A stretch of 64,000 nucleotides of DNA from Balanoglossus misakiensis (Eukaryota; Animalia; Hemichordata), in assembly GCA_040954595.2 (NCBI GenBank), contig CM082579.2:13951834-14015833 (forward strand). The letters run 5' to 3'. The translations under genes were made by a program, and so were the position numbers. Positions 24,501 to 37,020 of the stretch are shown here, one piece after another. Every line of letters begins with the position of its first letter. The stretch's first letter is position 1. The notes under the pieces were generated by a model. It searched no databases and was not told the DNA's origin. It was given only the letters and a program-made list of their open reading frames with translations.

Positions 24501-26468
24501 ATGGAAAGAGATGATATAATCCTTATCTATTTCAACATGGGCTTCAACTACAGTGAAATCCTGGCTACTTTAGCTGTCAATCATAACGTTGTCATTAGTA
24601 TGCGTCATCTTAAAAGATTACTGAAGAAACTCGGACTTTTCAGACGGAAGTACCATTCAGACATCAATGAGGTAATAACATTTCTGAGAGAAGAGGTTGA
24701 CAAATCTGGAAGACTCCACGGCTATCGGTGGATGCATTTAAAGTGTGTCCAGAGAGGATTGGTTATCGACAGGGAGAGTGTGCGGTTGTTACTCCAGATC
24801 ATTGACCCCATAGGTGTGGAATTAAGAAAGAGACGTCGTCAACGCCGTCGCCAGTATGGGTCTCCTGGGTCGAACTATATGTGGCACCTAGATTCGTATG
24901 ACAAACTTTCCCCTTACGGAATAGCAATCAATGGGTGTATAGACGGGTTTTCCAGGCGTGTAATTTGGGCTCAAGCTTATCACACCAACAGTGATCCGAA
25001 GATTATAGCAGGGTACTTCATCAAAGAAGTTGAAAGTCTGAAATCTTGCCCCCAAAACATGCGAGCGGATAGAGGCACAGAAAATGGACATGTTGAACAG
25101 TTCCAGAAGTTTCTAACAAATGATGACAACTGCTTTTATTATGGCAGCAGTCAACTCAACCAACGCATAGAACGATGGTGGGGTACATTTCGCCAACACT
25201 TTGGACAGTTTTGGTTGGATCTTTTCTACAAACTAAAGGATGATGGAGTCTTCAGTGGTGATTATCTTGATAAAGATCTGGTCAGATTTTGCTTCCTGAA
25301 AATGATACAGGTAAGAAGAAGAATTTGGGACTTAAAAAATAATTGTCTTTCCTCAATCTGTTACACTATCACTTATACTGTATATACTTTAAATACTTAT
25401 ACAGAAAATATTGCTAGGATTGATATTATATAGTGAAAACGTACAATACAATAAAATATAAGAAGTCCCATGTATAAACTGACTAACAATAACCCTACGC
25501 TCTTCCAAATGGGAGGAGTATAAAAAAGAACGTTTTTATGTATTAAAAAGAAAGGACTGCTCACATATTTTGGTTTAAACCTTCAAATACAAAGTAAAAA
25601 AGGCTTAAAATGTGCTGTACATGTGTTGATATGTATCATGATGAACAAAAATCACAACCTGCAATGCATTGTGTGTGTGATTTAAGACTGTCCTTGTCTA
25701 CTTATTCCAATTGTCCATTTTATGCACCTCTATCCTGCATGCATATGTTGGACAACATTTTAGACTTTCCACTCCTTCGACAAATACCTTACTATTAATC
25801 TCGGATCGAATACTGTTGGTGTGATAAGCCTCATCATAAATTACACGCCAGCTGGTAAACCCGTCTATACACCAATTGATAATCTAATATATGTACATTG
25901 TTATAATTATAATATTTGTAATTTTATTCCGTTTGTTTGGTTATATTTCACTACAATAAATTAATTTTAGGTGTACCTTCCCGTCTGAAGAGTTCATGTA
26001 GATGAGGTGTCACCATGTATGTATCTTTTAGATATCCTATAGTACCTAGGGACTATGTTTAACTGATGCATGTATTAAACTGCTAACATTGAACTTCCTC
26101 ATACATTTTGTGCCTGTCATTTTATAATTCAGGATGAACTGGATGATGCTGTAATGGAATGGAATTGTCACAGGATCAGTCGTTCACGTAACGCAGTCTC
26201 TCCCATCGGGCGACCTCACATGATGTTCTTTGTCCCGGAGATGTATGGAAGTCATGATTTCGGATCAACTGTTTCTCAGGAACAGATTAACACATGCCGA
26301 GAGGAATGTGTGTTCAAAGGAGCGTGCCCCTGTGATGAAGATTTATTCGAGTACTGTGTCTCATACATGGTCGACAACAATATGCATTTACCTTCTGACC
26401 CATATTCTGCTGTGGAATTGTACGTGAATCTCCGAAATTCTATAAAATATGAATCCTTATCTGACTAG
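24501..26468 (+). CDS. IS3EU DDE transposase (integrase core), 2 exons, apparently intact, ~381 aa
   Basis: Exon 1 24501-25310 (cag|gtaag) and exon 2 26133-26468 (ttcag|gat), in phase. Catalytic motifs WHLDSYDKL, RADRGTEN and NQRIERWW; C-terminal EWNCHRI. Confidence 0.92.
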
Positions 26469-27000
26469 CAAGACCTTACTGTAAAAGGAAATTATTATAC
26501 ATCACCCAAACAACAACAACAATGTCACTTCCATGCAAGGAACTGGATGAATTAAAGCAAGATATTTGTCAACACAACAAAGTTTTATTAACTTTCAGAA
26601 CATAATGACAATATTGTTCATCTTCAACACTGAAGTAATATGAAACTATGGCACAGACTTTGTGTTAATGTTAGATCTAATTCTGTAAAGTATAATACTG
26701 TCACCGCAAATAAAAGCTGAAATACAAGAACTTTGTGGCTCAACTGTTTGCACCTTAAAACCACATGATGCCATACTGCAGGCTTGGTTGTAGATGTAAA
26801 TATGTAAACAAACAAACAAACATGTTAATAAAGAAACTAAGTATACAGACGATAAGTGACAAGTAAAGCACTGATCTTCTTTGGTAGAGTGGAACAGAGA
26901 CTACTCCTAGTTGTTTGTTTACATTATATCTACACCAATAACCAAGCCTGGTCATCCTGTGCTTTAACCATTATGTCACACACTGTGTCACATAGTAACT

Positions 27001-27204
27001 GAATAAGTAACTGAATAACTCCCCACAACAGGCTGAATAAGTAACTGAATAACTCCCCACAACAGGCTGAATAAGTAACTGAATAACTCCCCACAACAGG
27101 CTGAATAAGTAACTGAATAACTCCCCACAACAGGCTGAATAAGTAACTGAATAACTCCCCACAACAGGCTGAATAAGTAACTGAATAACTCCCCACAACA
27201 GGCT
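27001..27204. repeat. Minisatellite, 6 x 34 bp
   Basis: Identical units gaataagtaactgaataactccccacaacaggct. Confidence 0.95.
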
Positions 27205-27593
27205 GCAATAACACATCAAGTATTTAGCTTCTCCATATATTAGATAATATGTGTAAACTTTTAACGTAATCAATGATAAAACAATTTGTAGGAAATATGA
27301 CAGTAAATGGCAACTGTATGAACATTTAAAGAAAACACTGAAAATAGTGCAAAGTTACAGGCGCATCCCTTAATGAATCCACATAAATTCACCTCTTCCA
27401 TGCAGCAAAGAGGTGACTTCTGACACGTCAGGTTCATCATTGACATAATCATTACTTTGCATACCAAGTGACTTTACACAAGTATTCCCTGTATTCTTTC
27501 TATCAATGTAAGCCAAACACAACAATATTGTCCCTTTAATTCATGTAATAACTCACCATTGCTGTTCTACCAATGGAAACAATATCAATGGTC

Positions 27594-30118
27594 TCAAATA
27601 ATATCCATGTCCCAAAAACCACTGTTCAAAACTGCATTGAACTCACTTCTGAATTCTACGAAGTTGGCATATGACAATGGCAGTTCAAGCACATTGCCAC
27701 ATGTGTGAGCAACTGGACGACGTTGTAAACCATCAAGTTTAACAAATGACACTTGAATCGGCTCTGCTGTCATTATGTCACAACCAGTGCAATATCTCAG
27801 GAACTTCTTTAGAGTACTTTGTTCAAGTTCACGGATGTATCGTTTTAAGTGATTAGCAACAGCCCTCTCATCATTATTCAAGCATTCAGCGATTTGAAGA
27901 TGTTGTAGGACTTTCTTTGTTGTTGGTTTCTTGTCATTATACAGTCTATCCAAGTTATCTTTGCCAATTTGTTTGCCTAATGGCTGTAAGATTGGTCGCC
28001 AACTATCAATGACAAACATTGGCTCTTGTACTATCTCTTTATGCGCTATTTCGTGCAGAATGGATCCAATGTTTTCTTTGGTTGGCAGTCTTTTACAGTC
28101 ATGTCGGTCTAACACTTCAATTAACTCATCTTCTTCTACTTCTTGGAAGTTCTTCATTGCAGCTTCAAATACTTCACGGTCCGATTCAGACAGGAAGTGA
28201 TAATACACTTGAAGTAGACTTGCCTCTTCACACTTCTGGTCTCCAAACATTACTTCTTCCATGAATGGCTTTGCAAACTCAATAGGGAAGTAATCCATTT
28301 CCTTCCAACCCTTCATGATTATTCTTGCTACAGCTTCCCATTTTTCTCTTGGGTAATCATGCCTAATGAATGGCACCCGGCAATTCTTTCCAACTGTGCA
28401 ACATTCATAGAACTCGGACCAAAAACTTGTAAAACAGTCTCTCACAACTCCACTACCACTACCACGCTCAACATTACCTCCTGGCATAACCATGGCCACA
28501 TTGATAGGACATGCCATAATCTTTGGATCTGAGAATTCTGAAATCATGTCATTCAAAACATCACTCCTGTGTATTACAAGTGTTCTAGTCTCCACTGGGT
28601 CTTGATCTTCACTGATATGACTGGTAGTGTCTTGGGGCTGGGATTGGCTAACAGGTTCATCATTTTCAAAGAACGGCAATGTAGAATCAAGGCTTTCTGC
28701 TGAGTTACTATTGGAACCCCGTGATCCAAACTGAACAATGAATCATTATCACTAATCACCAGTGGTTCTGCATCAGAATCGACTGTCTCTAATGTGACTT
28801 CAGAACCTACGTCAGGGATGGGTTCAGACTGGAATCTGCTACAACTGGGCATACCATGATCATGGTGAACTGTATCTAGGATATGCTTATTGTGGTTTCC
28901 TGCACTTGGTACACCTGCATCATTGCTCTCATCAGACAACATATCAATAGATTCCTGTGGAAGAGCTTGTGACTGTCCCTTGCTTGCTTGTATCGTCTTT
29001 GCCGGTGGAACTGGCACATGCCTATCAAGTCCTGGATCAGGTAGATCAGCATCACTGCTGTCATCTGACAATGACACTGATTCTAATTGTGACTGCTTAC
29101 TTGTTTGTCTGCTTTTCTTTTTAGGTTTCACTACCTGTTCACAGTCTTTTCTCTTTGTCATAATGTAGAAGCGGAGCATTCTAAATCCAGTTACTTCATA
29201 CAATTCGCCAACGGTGCTTGTTTCATCAATTGTTCTTTCTCCTGAATCTCTTATGTCAACGTGATAACTGTCCATGTCTCCTCGCTGTGATACGCCGTTG
29301 GGGAAAAACAAATCTTTTCCTGTAGTCAGGAGATCAGCTTTCGTGCTCGACTTACTTACTGATATACACCTTGTTCCACCACCTTTTCTGGCTCGAACTT
29401 GCTTGTATTCTTTTTCAATGAAATCAAAATCAAGCCATCCTATTTCAATTTTCCGCTTTATTTTTGCTGCATGTGTATTACCAAATGGTCTTGGTCTAGT
29501 TGAGGCTTGTCCACGATTACCTTTACTTGATTCTCCCTTGTCATCTGGTACACTATTCTGCTTTCCATTTCGAAGGCTAAATTTTTGTCTTATTTTTTTC
29601 AGTAGTTCTGACTTCCTGCTCTCTCTTCTGGAACAGTACAAAATAATCTGCGAGAGAAGTCCACAGCAGCAACTCTGTCCCCATAAGATGTCAAATACTT
29701 AGATAACATCTCATCATCCATTAAGAGGATCACCGATGGATCAATCTGAAAATCAATTTAAAGCACATGGAATCTTAGTGCATGCATATGGGCAGAGGGT
29801 GCGGGGGGTCTCGCTAAATACATACATACATGCATACATACATACATACATACATACATACATACATACATACATACATACATACATACATACATACATA
29901 CATACATACGGGTACATACATACAAACAAACAAACAAACAAAGATGGAAAGACTGTCAATGAATATTTTTCCACCTACTAGCCTTAAAGCTCATTTAGCC
30001 ATATTTACATATATGCAACAAGAACTAATAAAAAATTTACCTTTTCCTGTTCAAGTCTGTCAATTTCCTCTTCAGGCACTCTGCGTCGTCTAAGAAATCC
30101 ATATAGTTTTTCTGCCAT
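27594..30118 (-). pseudogene. IS3EU second gene: N-terminal SAM-like region and C-terminal HECT E3 ubiquitin-ligase domain, two apparent frameshifts
   Basis: Exon 30041-30118 (MAEKLYGFLRRRRVPEEEIDRLEQEK) splices to 29745 (IDPSVILLMDDEMLSKYLTSYGDR). Then VRARKGGGTR..LFFPNG. HECT motifs ERGSGSGVVRDCFTSFW, FLRYCTG and RRPVAHTCGNVLELPLSY. Frame changes near 29640 and 28740. Confidence 0.85.
29818..29940. repeat. (CATA)n/(CAAA)n microsatellite
   Basis: Visible directly in the sequence. Confidence 0.95.
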
Positions 30119-30381
30119 TTTGTCTGATCTGTTTGCTTAAGTAATATTTTTCTGTAAGGAAAATCAACAACAGTTAAATCAAAACTGATGTACCTAAAGA
30201 CAAGCATGAAATAATGCATCAACTTGATTTTTATGAACAGTTTGGGAAATTTGAGAATATTATCTCAGAAGGAAAAAGTATCTACTTTCTCACCTTGAAT
30301 AAAGTTGATATTTCACCAAAAATTACAGTGAAGCAAGAATTTTGTTCAGAATTTTTGATGAGGAAACTTCTCAATTGTCAA

Positions 30382-30502
30382 CATACATACATACATACAT
30401 ACATACATACATACATACATACATACATACATACATACATGCATAAATACATACATACATACATACATACATACATACATACATACATACATACATACAT
30501 AC
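30382..30502. repeat. (CATA)n microsatellite
   Basis: Visible directly in the sequence. Confidence 0.95.
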
Positions 30503-30604
30503 AATTTAAAATAATTTAGGGAGTGATTAAGACTTCAACTTGGACTCTATTGATAATAATATAACTCTTTGTAATAAATGCCATCGGTGCTTAAATCTTC
30601 ATTA

Positions 30605-30918
30605 TATTATACCAGTATATTGATGGTGTAAATCACGCTATTTGATTGGTCGAGACACGACACGTGACCGTGATATATTAGCCATATACCACAGTCATAT
30701 ATCATAGTCAAAGAAAATGCCTTTTTAAAATGTTTAATGCAAAGTTTCAATATACTGGCATAATATAATAGCAATAAAACACCCCAGTCATGGTATACCA
30801 CTCGATTTTGACCAGTTCAACTCCATATACGCACTCGCTATCGCTCGTGCGTATATGTCGTGAACTGGTCAAAATCTCGTGGTATACCATGGCTGGGGGT
30901 GTTTTATTGCTTAAATAT
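30605..30918. mobile_element. Hairpin non-autonomous element with ctcgctatcgctcgt core
   Basis: agcaataaaacaccccagtcatggtataccac..ttttgaccagttca pairs with tgaactggtcaaaat..gtggtataccatggctgggggtgttttattgct (30769-30911). Confidence 0.65.
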
Positions 30919-31004
30919 TAAATCAAGTCAATCAATGTGCACAAACATTACACACACACTCATTAATACATAGAGACAGACACAGACAGACACATACACA
31001 CTCA

Positions 31005-31049
<45 letters not shown>

Positions 31050-31845
31050 CCTATTTTGCTTTAATTTTTTTGTTTGAAACTTTCATATCAACTGAAGAGT
31101 TGTTGACGTTTGACCTTGGATGTACTGAGGTCACCATACACACTCACATTTGTCTGTGTCATAATCACAGACTGAAGCAAAGTAAAATAAATCACAGCAG
31201 CTGTACTGATGTTAACATTGCATTGTTTAATATTCAAGATCAAGTTAAAGTGCATTTATTTATTGGAAGAATCCAGTTATGGCAACTTGATCCTAGGCGA
31301 TGTAACTATCCGCCCCACACACAAGTTGAATCATGTATGATATATGTTTCAAACAGCGCGGCATAAGGCCAGAGTTAGCCTCAAGTTGTGTTGGCATATA
31401 TATATATATATTGATGGCATATGTTACATCATGAATCAAAAATCAAGCAAGTTAAGTTGAGTACGAGATACTGACAAGAACGTCTCAGTCAACCTATTGC
31501 ATGCAGCACATTGTCAACGTCGCGTCGATCGTGTTTGGCATGATCATGATGACGCTTGACGTGCAAGGCGACTCAATAGATTGCCACATCACAAACCAGT
31601 ACAAATTGTGCATCGTGTGGTCATGTTACGTGTACGACAAATCTACCGGTTATGAGAAGGAGGTAAAATCTCAACTTACCAACACTCAGTCAGTCTGATA
31701 AGATACGATGCAGCATGTAAGGCAGAATCCGACGAAAAGTCCTGGTACTAGGTCAAGCTAGTAAAAGAACGCCATATTCTCTGTACCGATACACCGCCCT
31801 CTCTGGACAGTCTCCGTACCAATACACCCGCCCTCTTTAGACAAA

Positions 31846-32290
31846 TTTATCTCGAGATCTCGAGATAAAAAAATAAAAAGTCGGGAAAACGAATTGGAAT
31901 TATCTCGAGATCTCGAGATAAAAGAATAAAAAGTCGGGAAAACGAACTTGAATTATCTCGAGATCTCGAGATAAAAAAATAAAAAGTCGGGAAAACGAAT
32001 TGGAATTATCTCGAGATCTCGAGATAAAAAAATAAAAAGTCGGGAAAACGAACTTGAATTATCTCGAGATCTCGAGATAAAAAAAATAAAAAGTCGGGAA
32101 AACGAATTGGAATTATCTCGAGATCTCGAGATAAAAAAATAAAAAGTCAGGAAAACGAATAGCATTATCTCGAGATCTCGAGATAAAAAAATAAAAAGTC
32201 AGGAAAACGAATGGAATTATCTCGAGATCTCGAGATAAAAAAATAAAAAGTCAGGAAAACGAATGGAATTATCTCGAGATCTCGAGATAA
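31846..32290. repeat. IS3EU right subterminal tandem array (inverse of the left array)
   Basis: Reverse complement of 23621-24065. Confidence 0.95.
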
Positions 32291-32899
32291 TTTTTTATTT
32301 ATTGCGTATATACATGTCCCCAACTGGCTTTCATATAAAACCACTGCATCAGGTGAATCTCAATTTTTAAGAGCGATACTTCAAACATGCAGCACTGTTT
32401 ACAAATCGGGGTCAAAGGTTATACAAGAATAACCATGTACAGTTGGTATTTTTCGGATGTACCTCTGGCCATGGCCTTGGTCTATAAATTGTTCTTGACA
32501 ACATATATTTTTAAAGATTTTGGTTTACTGAATTACATCTATAGCTTATAGTGATGGCTGTTTACCTAATAATTATTTTAACAACGCCAACTTAGCTGGC
32601 GCTGGATCGAGGGTACAGGACTATCCTAGGTCAAGGGTCAATCGTGAATGTTTTGGTCGCGAATCAGCTGATCTTTTACAACAGCGTGTTACGCCCCTTT
32701 TTTAAATTTCTCATGAGTGGAGACGTCAGTGAAAGAACACATTTCGGATAATGGAGCATTCTTGGCAGTGTTTTCAAAGGGTTTCGCAACCTTTCTACAT
32801 GGGACGCGGCAGCGCTTGGCAGAACTTTGCGAGGTGGTCGTCATCACAGGTCGCACCGTAGTTGAGAGAGAGAGCCATGACACTGACAGAGCCGGGTGA

Positions 32900-33235
32900 G
32901 TGATTGAGATCCTGGATCAGTTGCCGTCACTCAGATCACTAGACATTCTCTCTCATTAGGGTGTAGCTACGGTGTTGCCACGGGACCTACGACGTTTTAT
33001 CGTGACGTCGGTGTTGCCCCGACCGGCCATGGAAGTATATCAGATATGATGAGTCCGGTGATGACTTGGCTTTACGGCAGTCGCTGTGCCTGTAGATAAA
33101 GGAAAGGAACAGTACAACGCGCCGCCAGTGTGATTAGCATCGCTTGGAGCAAGACTAGATGACAGACATCGCCAGGGTCGTTGGCAAGACCTTGGCGGGC
33201 AGAGATGTGTGACACAGGTCCTCCTACAGGTAAGC
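32900..33235 (+). promoter_or_regulatory. CpG-rich region ending in a strong splice donor; candidate first exon of the downstream host locus
   Basis: Elevated CpG content and cctacag|gtaagcc at ~33229. No transcript evidence. Confidence 0.3.
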
Positions 33236-34304
33236 CAGTCTTAATTCTTTTACATGCTTTTCAGAGTCAGCTTTTTGAGATGGTGAGATCTCTGTCTGGT
33301 GGTTTCTCTGTGTGACCTTTAGCTCTGCATACAGCCGGGAACACACAGACCTGTACGCAGAGCTATGTGACCTTCTGAGTCATATAATAATGTCACATTT
33401 AGTACTACATTATCTCTATGGAAACACAGCTAGGGGGAGGGTGGAGGGGGGGGGGTTCTATGCTGGTTTCCCCCATCATAGACCCACCCGTGACCCCCAC
33501 CACAAAAATCTGTAGTGAAACAACAGCCAAACCAGTGCACTATATCACAGTCCCTCTATTACATACTGTGACTGTATAAGCTAAAAAATAAGACATTCAC
33601 TTTTTGAAATAAACATTTCTCTGTTAATTATCTCTGAAAGCTTGATATAGGAGAACATTTCGGTTACTTCAATGTCACCATTGTTTTCACTACTATCACG
33701 TAACAAGCAATTTAAATTACCTTCGCAAAAACAGTATGCTCTATTTTTTTTTGTTAACGCTTTGAGATGTCTGGCTCAAATCTTCGTGAATGCAAGCTGT
33801 CATAACTTTTGTACAAAGTAGTGTCTCATTTTTTTTAAAGCAACTAGCTTGATTTTTAAAATGAAAAAAACTTCTGATATACTAGGAATAGTAGGATTTA
33901 TTCACTGCTCCAGAAGTTTTCTGAATTACAATGCACTTAACGGGACATTAGCTGTAACTTTTGGCTTTAATTGATGTACATATATTTTTGTTCTGAGTAT
34001 CAATGGGAATTTCTTGTTCTACTCCAAACAGCATGCTAATATACCCATTTATACTTCACTTGTCAACATAGCCCGTGAATGTGTAATGTTATCATTCACA
34101 TTTTTTTACTACTGTTACGTAAATATGCAACATGTCTAAAAAATATGTTTTTATAGAATATATTTATTTATTTAGAGTAAAATGTTTTTGGTGACATTTA
34201 AATATTTAGTGGATGGTATTTTATACATCAATTGTGGGTTTCAACATATTGTTGGGAGTAGCACAAGAATCTTAAGTGGCCACATAGAATTAATTTTCAA
34301 CCTT

Positions 34305-34481
34305 CAGTAAAACCTGTCAAAACCAAACCCTGTCTAATCTGGAAACCTGTCTATACTGAACACCTTTTCAGTACCTTCGACATAGAATCACATGTTAAAA
34401 GAACCTTTACAAACTGGAAATGTCTGTAAACTGAACAATTTCTTCAGTGCCTTCAGTGTTCGGTTCAGACAGGTTTTACTG
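34305..34481. mobile_element. Tc1/mariner-like MITE
   Basis: TIRs cagtaaaacctgtc / gacaggttttactg followed by TA. A related fragment lies at ~4360-4435. Confidence 0.7.
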
Positions 34482-34483
34482 TA

Positions 34484-34946
34484 TTTAATTTCTCACACTG
34501 CTGGCCGCTGGGAGTGTGGGATAGGATATCCCCGACGAGTGTGAGAAATACGATCTCAGGTCCTTGGGAGTGTGAGATTCTATTATTCTCACACTCTCAC
34601 TGAATCGAAAGCTGTATATGACGCGAGCGCTGATTGGTTGACAAAGAGTTCTTTCTCTTCGCGCACTAAATGTTATCCAATGGCGTGATGTGTATTACAG
34701 GCACAGAACTATAACGTGCCCCCAGACGACAGTTCCAGAGTCATTTATTCAATGTTTTAACGAATTTGGCTAATTTGTGACCGTGTGAGAAAAATAATCT
34801 CACACACCAAGGACCTGGGATCGTATTTCTCACACTCGTCAGGGATATTTTGTCCCACACTCGCCTGCGGCTCGTGTGTGACAGAAAATCCCCAACTCGT
34901 GTGAGAAATACGATCCCAGGTCCTTGGGAGTGTGAGATTCTATTAA
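34484..34946. mobile_element. Hairpin non-autonomous element with ctcgcctgcggctcgt core; same family as 61469-62113
   Basis: Repeated gagtgtgagaaatacgatcccaggtccttgg motifs in both orientations; palindrome centred near 34865. Confidence 0.75.
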
Positions 34947-36145
34947 TCCCAAATGTCATAGCAGCTGCCCCTTTAAAACAATTTCTTTAAAAAATGTGTT
35001 TCTAATAGATTTGGTCAGGTGGAAAAGTATGTCACATACTGTTTTCACTGAACACTGATGTGGTTGCAATTTTATTGACACAAATTGAATCACACTATGC
35101 ATCACATTAGACTTAGGGGTAAACCATTTTATATTTAGGAGAGTGCAGTTTAGTTTCTACTCTGCCTATTCTCTGATGTTTTTTCTTTACTATTTGGCAG
35201 AGGCAAAATGCAGACTTGTTATGGAAGTGTTCCTAAGTAACTATGCATAAATTATTTCTATTAATCTAAGCACATTATGTAAAATATAAATCAACCAGGT
35301 TGACTCATGTCTCCCCCTACAGTAATGGTGACAATTCTTTTTATAGTACCCAACTTACTCAAGTAAACACACTTAATGTTAGCAAACAGTCCTATAGATA
35401 TAGCCTGGTCCCCTGTCCCATTCCTGCTGCTGGTAGTGACAGCAGGGTTAGAAAGTGGGCAGAGAACAAGAGTATCTTACAGGCCTCTTTCATGACCCCT
35501 GTGTGACCTTACATCCTGGTGATTTGTTGGTTTGACATCATTCATCATTCAATGTTGAACAGCTAACCTTTTCTAACAGGCAATGTTCACCAGTTTTGTT
35601 CAAGGATGAGAAAAAATGCATTGATTCAATAGCATGGTTGGTAAACTCGAAATTGTATACTCACACCGACAAAAAGCCAGGATGTAGAGGTCAAAAGGGG
35701 TCATAAAAGTGGCATGATATAGCACAGTTGCCAGTGGTGTAATGTTTATATGAACTGTGCAACTTCATTCATATTTGTTAGTGGCAGTAATGTTATTATA
35801 AATATAAACTGACATCTGAAATCACTTTGCGATGTCGAAATTCAGTGGGAAGAAACAAACGCCAAAAGTTACCACATTTTATACTGACACTTATTTGTTT
35901 TGTACAGTTTACCCTATGGATCCAGCTATCATAGGAATAGGTGCAATAATTGTAGCTTTGGTGGGCTGGTTGATCGCTTATGGGCTTGATCAATCATTTC
36001 ATCTACGCTACAATTATTGCAGATATCATAGGAAGGGCACATTGGGAACCCCCCCCCCCCTCACACACACACACACACACACACACAATTTGGGCGACAA
36101 CACAATATATATATATGATGCAGTCTACAAGTTGCACCGAAATAT

Positions 36146-37020
36146 CTTTAGGTCCCATTTGTACATACTGGTGGTACCTCATGAGATCGGTTGCGTCTGT
36201 ATGGATGTATGTCCGTTCACATCAAAAACTTGAAAACCGCTGAGCATATAACCTCGATATTTGGTGTGCAGATGCAGGCAGGGCTGTAGATGGGAGTTTG
36301 TTCAAATGAAGTTGTTGGGAAAAACGTAAATTTGGCCAAAACTCAGAAACTCAACAACCACTGGTCATATTGATTTGAAAATTGGTATGCATGTACCTTA
36401 TATTTACCTCACACAGTTGTGTATGTTTTGAACTAATAGTTTGTATTTTCTATAATTTATGTATTTTTTTGTCTTTTTCCACATTTTTGGTAAAAAATCT
36501 ACTTTTCTGGAATTGATGACCTGACTTCTTTGAAATTTAGTATGGGGCTTCATATAGGTGATGTGAGTTATCAAAGTTTTGTTTAAATTTGCTGCAAAAT
36601 TTGCAAATTTATAATTTTGGTGCAAATTTTGCCTTTTTGATCAATTTTTTTCTGTAAAACCGTTTGTCAGATTGCTTTGAAATTTGGTAGGCATAGAGAT
36701 GTGTGTTTGTCAAATCAATTTGTAGAATTCAATAGTATATTTTTGGGGTGATTTTTGCCATTTTTGGTCAAAACTCTTTCTCAGAACCCTCTACCCCATT
36801 GCTTTGAAATTTGATTTGAAGGTTCCATGGTGAGTTGTCATGATGATTTACAAAACCTATGATGAAAGTGTCAATGTTTTGTGGGGGCAATGTCTTGTAT
36901 TTTGGGGGTATATTTACCAATTTTGATAAAAAATTATATTTCTCAGAAAGTGTACACTGTATGGCTGATTTCTATAAATTTTAGTTGTAAGTTAATGGGA
37001 TTGGCTTCTTTAGAATTATT
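36146..37020 (+). mobile_element. Helentron-associated (HINE-like) non-autonomous element, degenerate
   Basis: Starts ctttaggtcccatt, followed by a short hairpin, a (tgta/tgga) microsatellite and repeated ttgaaatttggta cores. Related to the inverted copy at 38817-39295. Right end approximate. Confidence 0.55.

Larger units (their letters stand above)
23576..32335 (+). mobile_element. Complete IS3EU-type DNA transposon with two convergent genes
   Basis: TIRs tatgaaagccagttggggacatgta.. / ..tacatgtccccaactggctttcata. 6-bp TSD TAAAAC at 23570-75 and 32336-41. TAY termini. Integrase-core transposase inside. Confidence 0.92.

Noticed and set aside
27001-27204. CRISPR-length 34-bp repeats
   Set aside because: Head-to-tail identical units without spacers; a minisatellite.
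29736-30519. ORFs with HTYI/YVCM repeats
   Set aside because: Translations of (CATA)n microsatellites.
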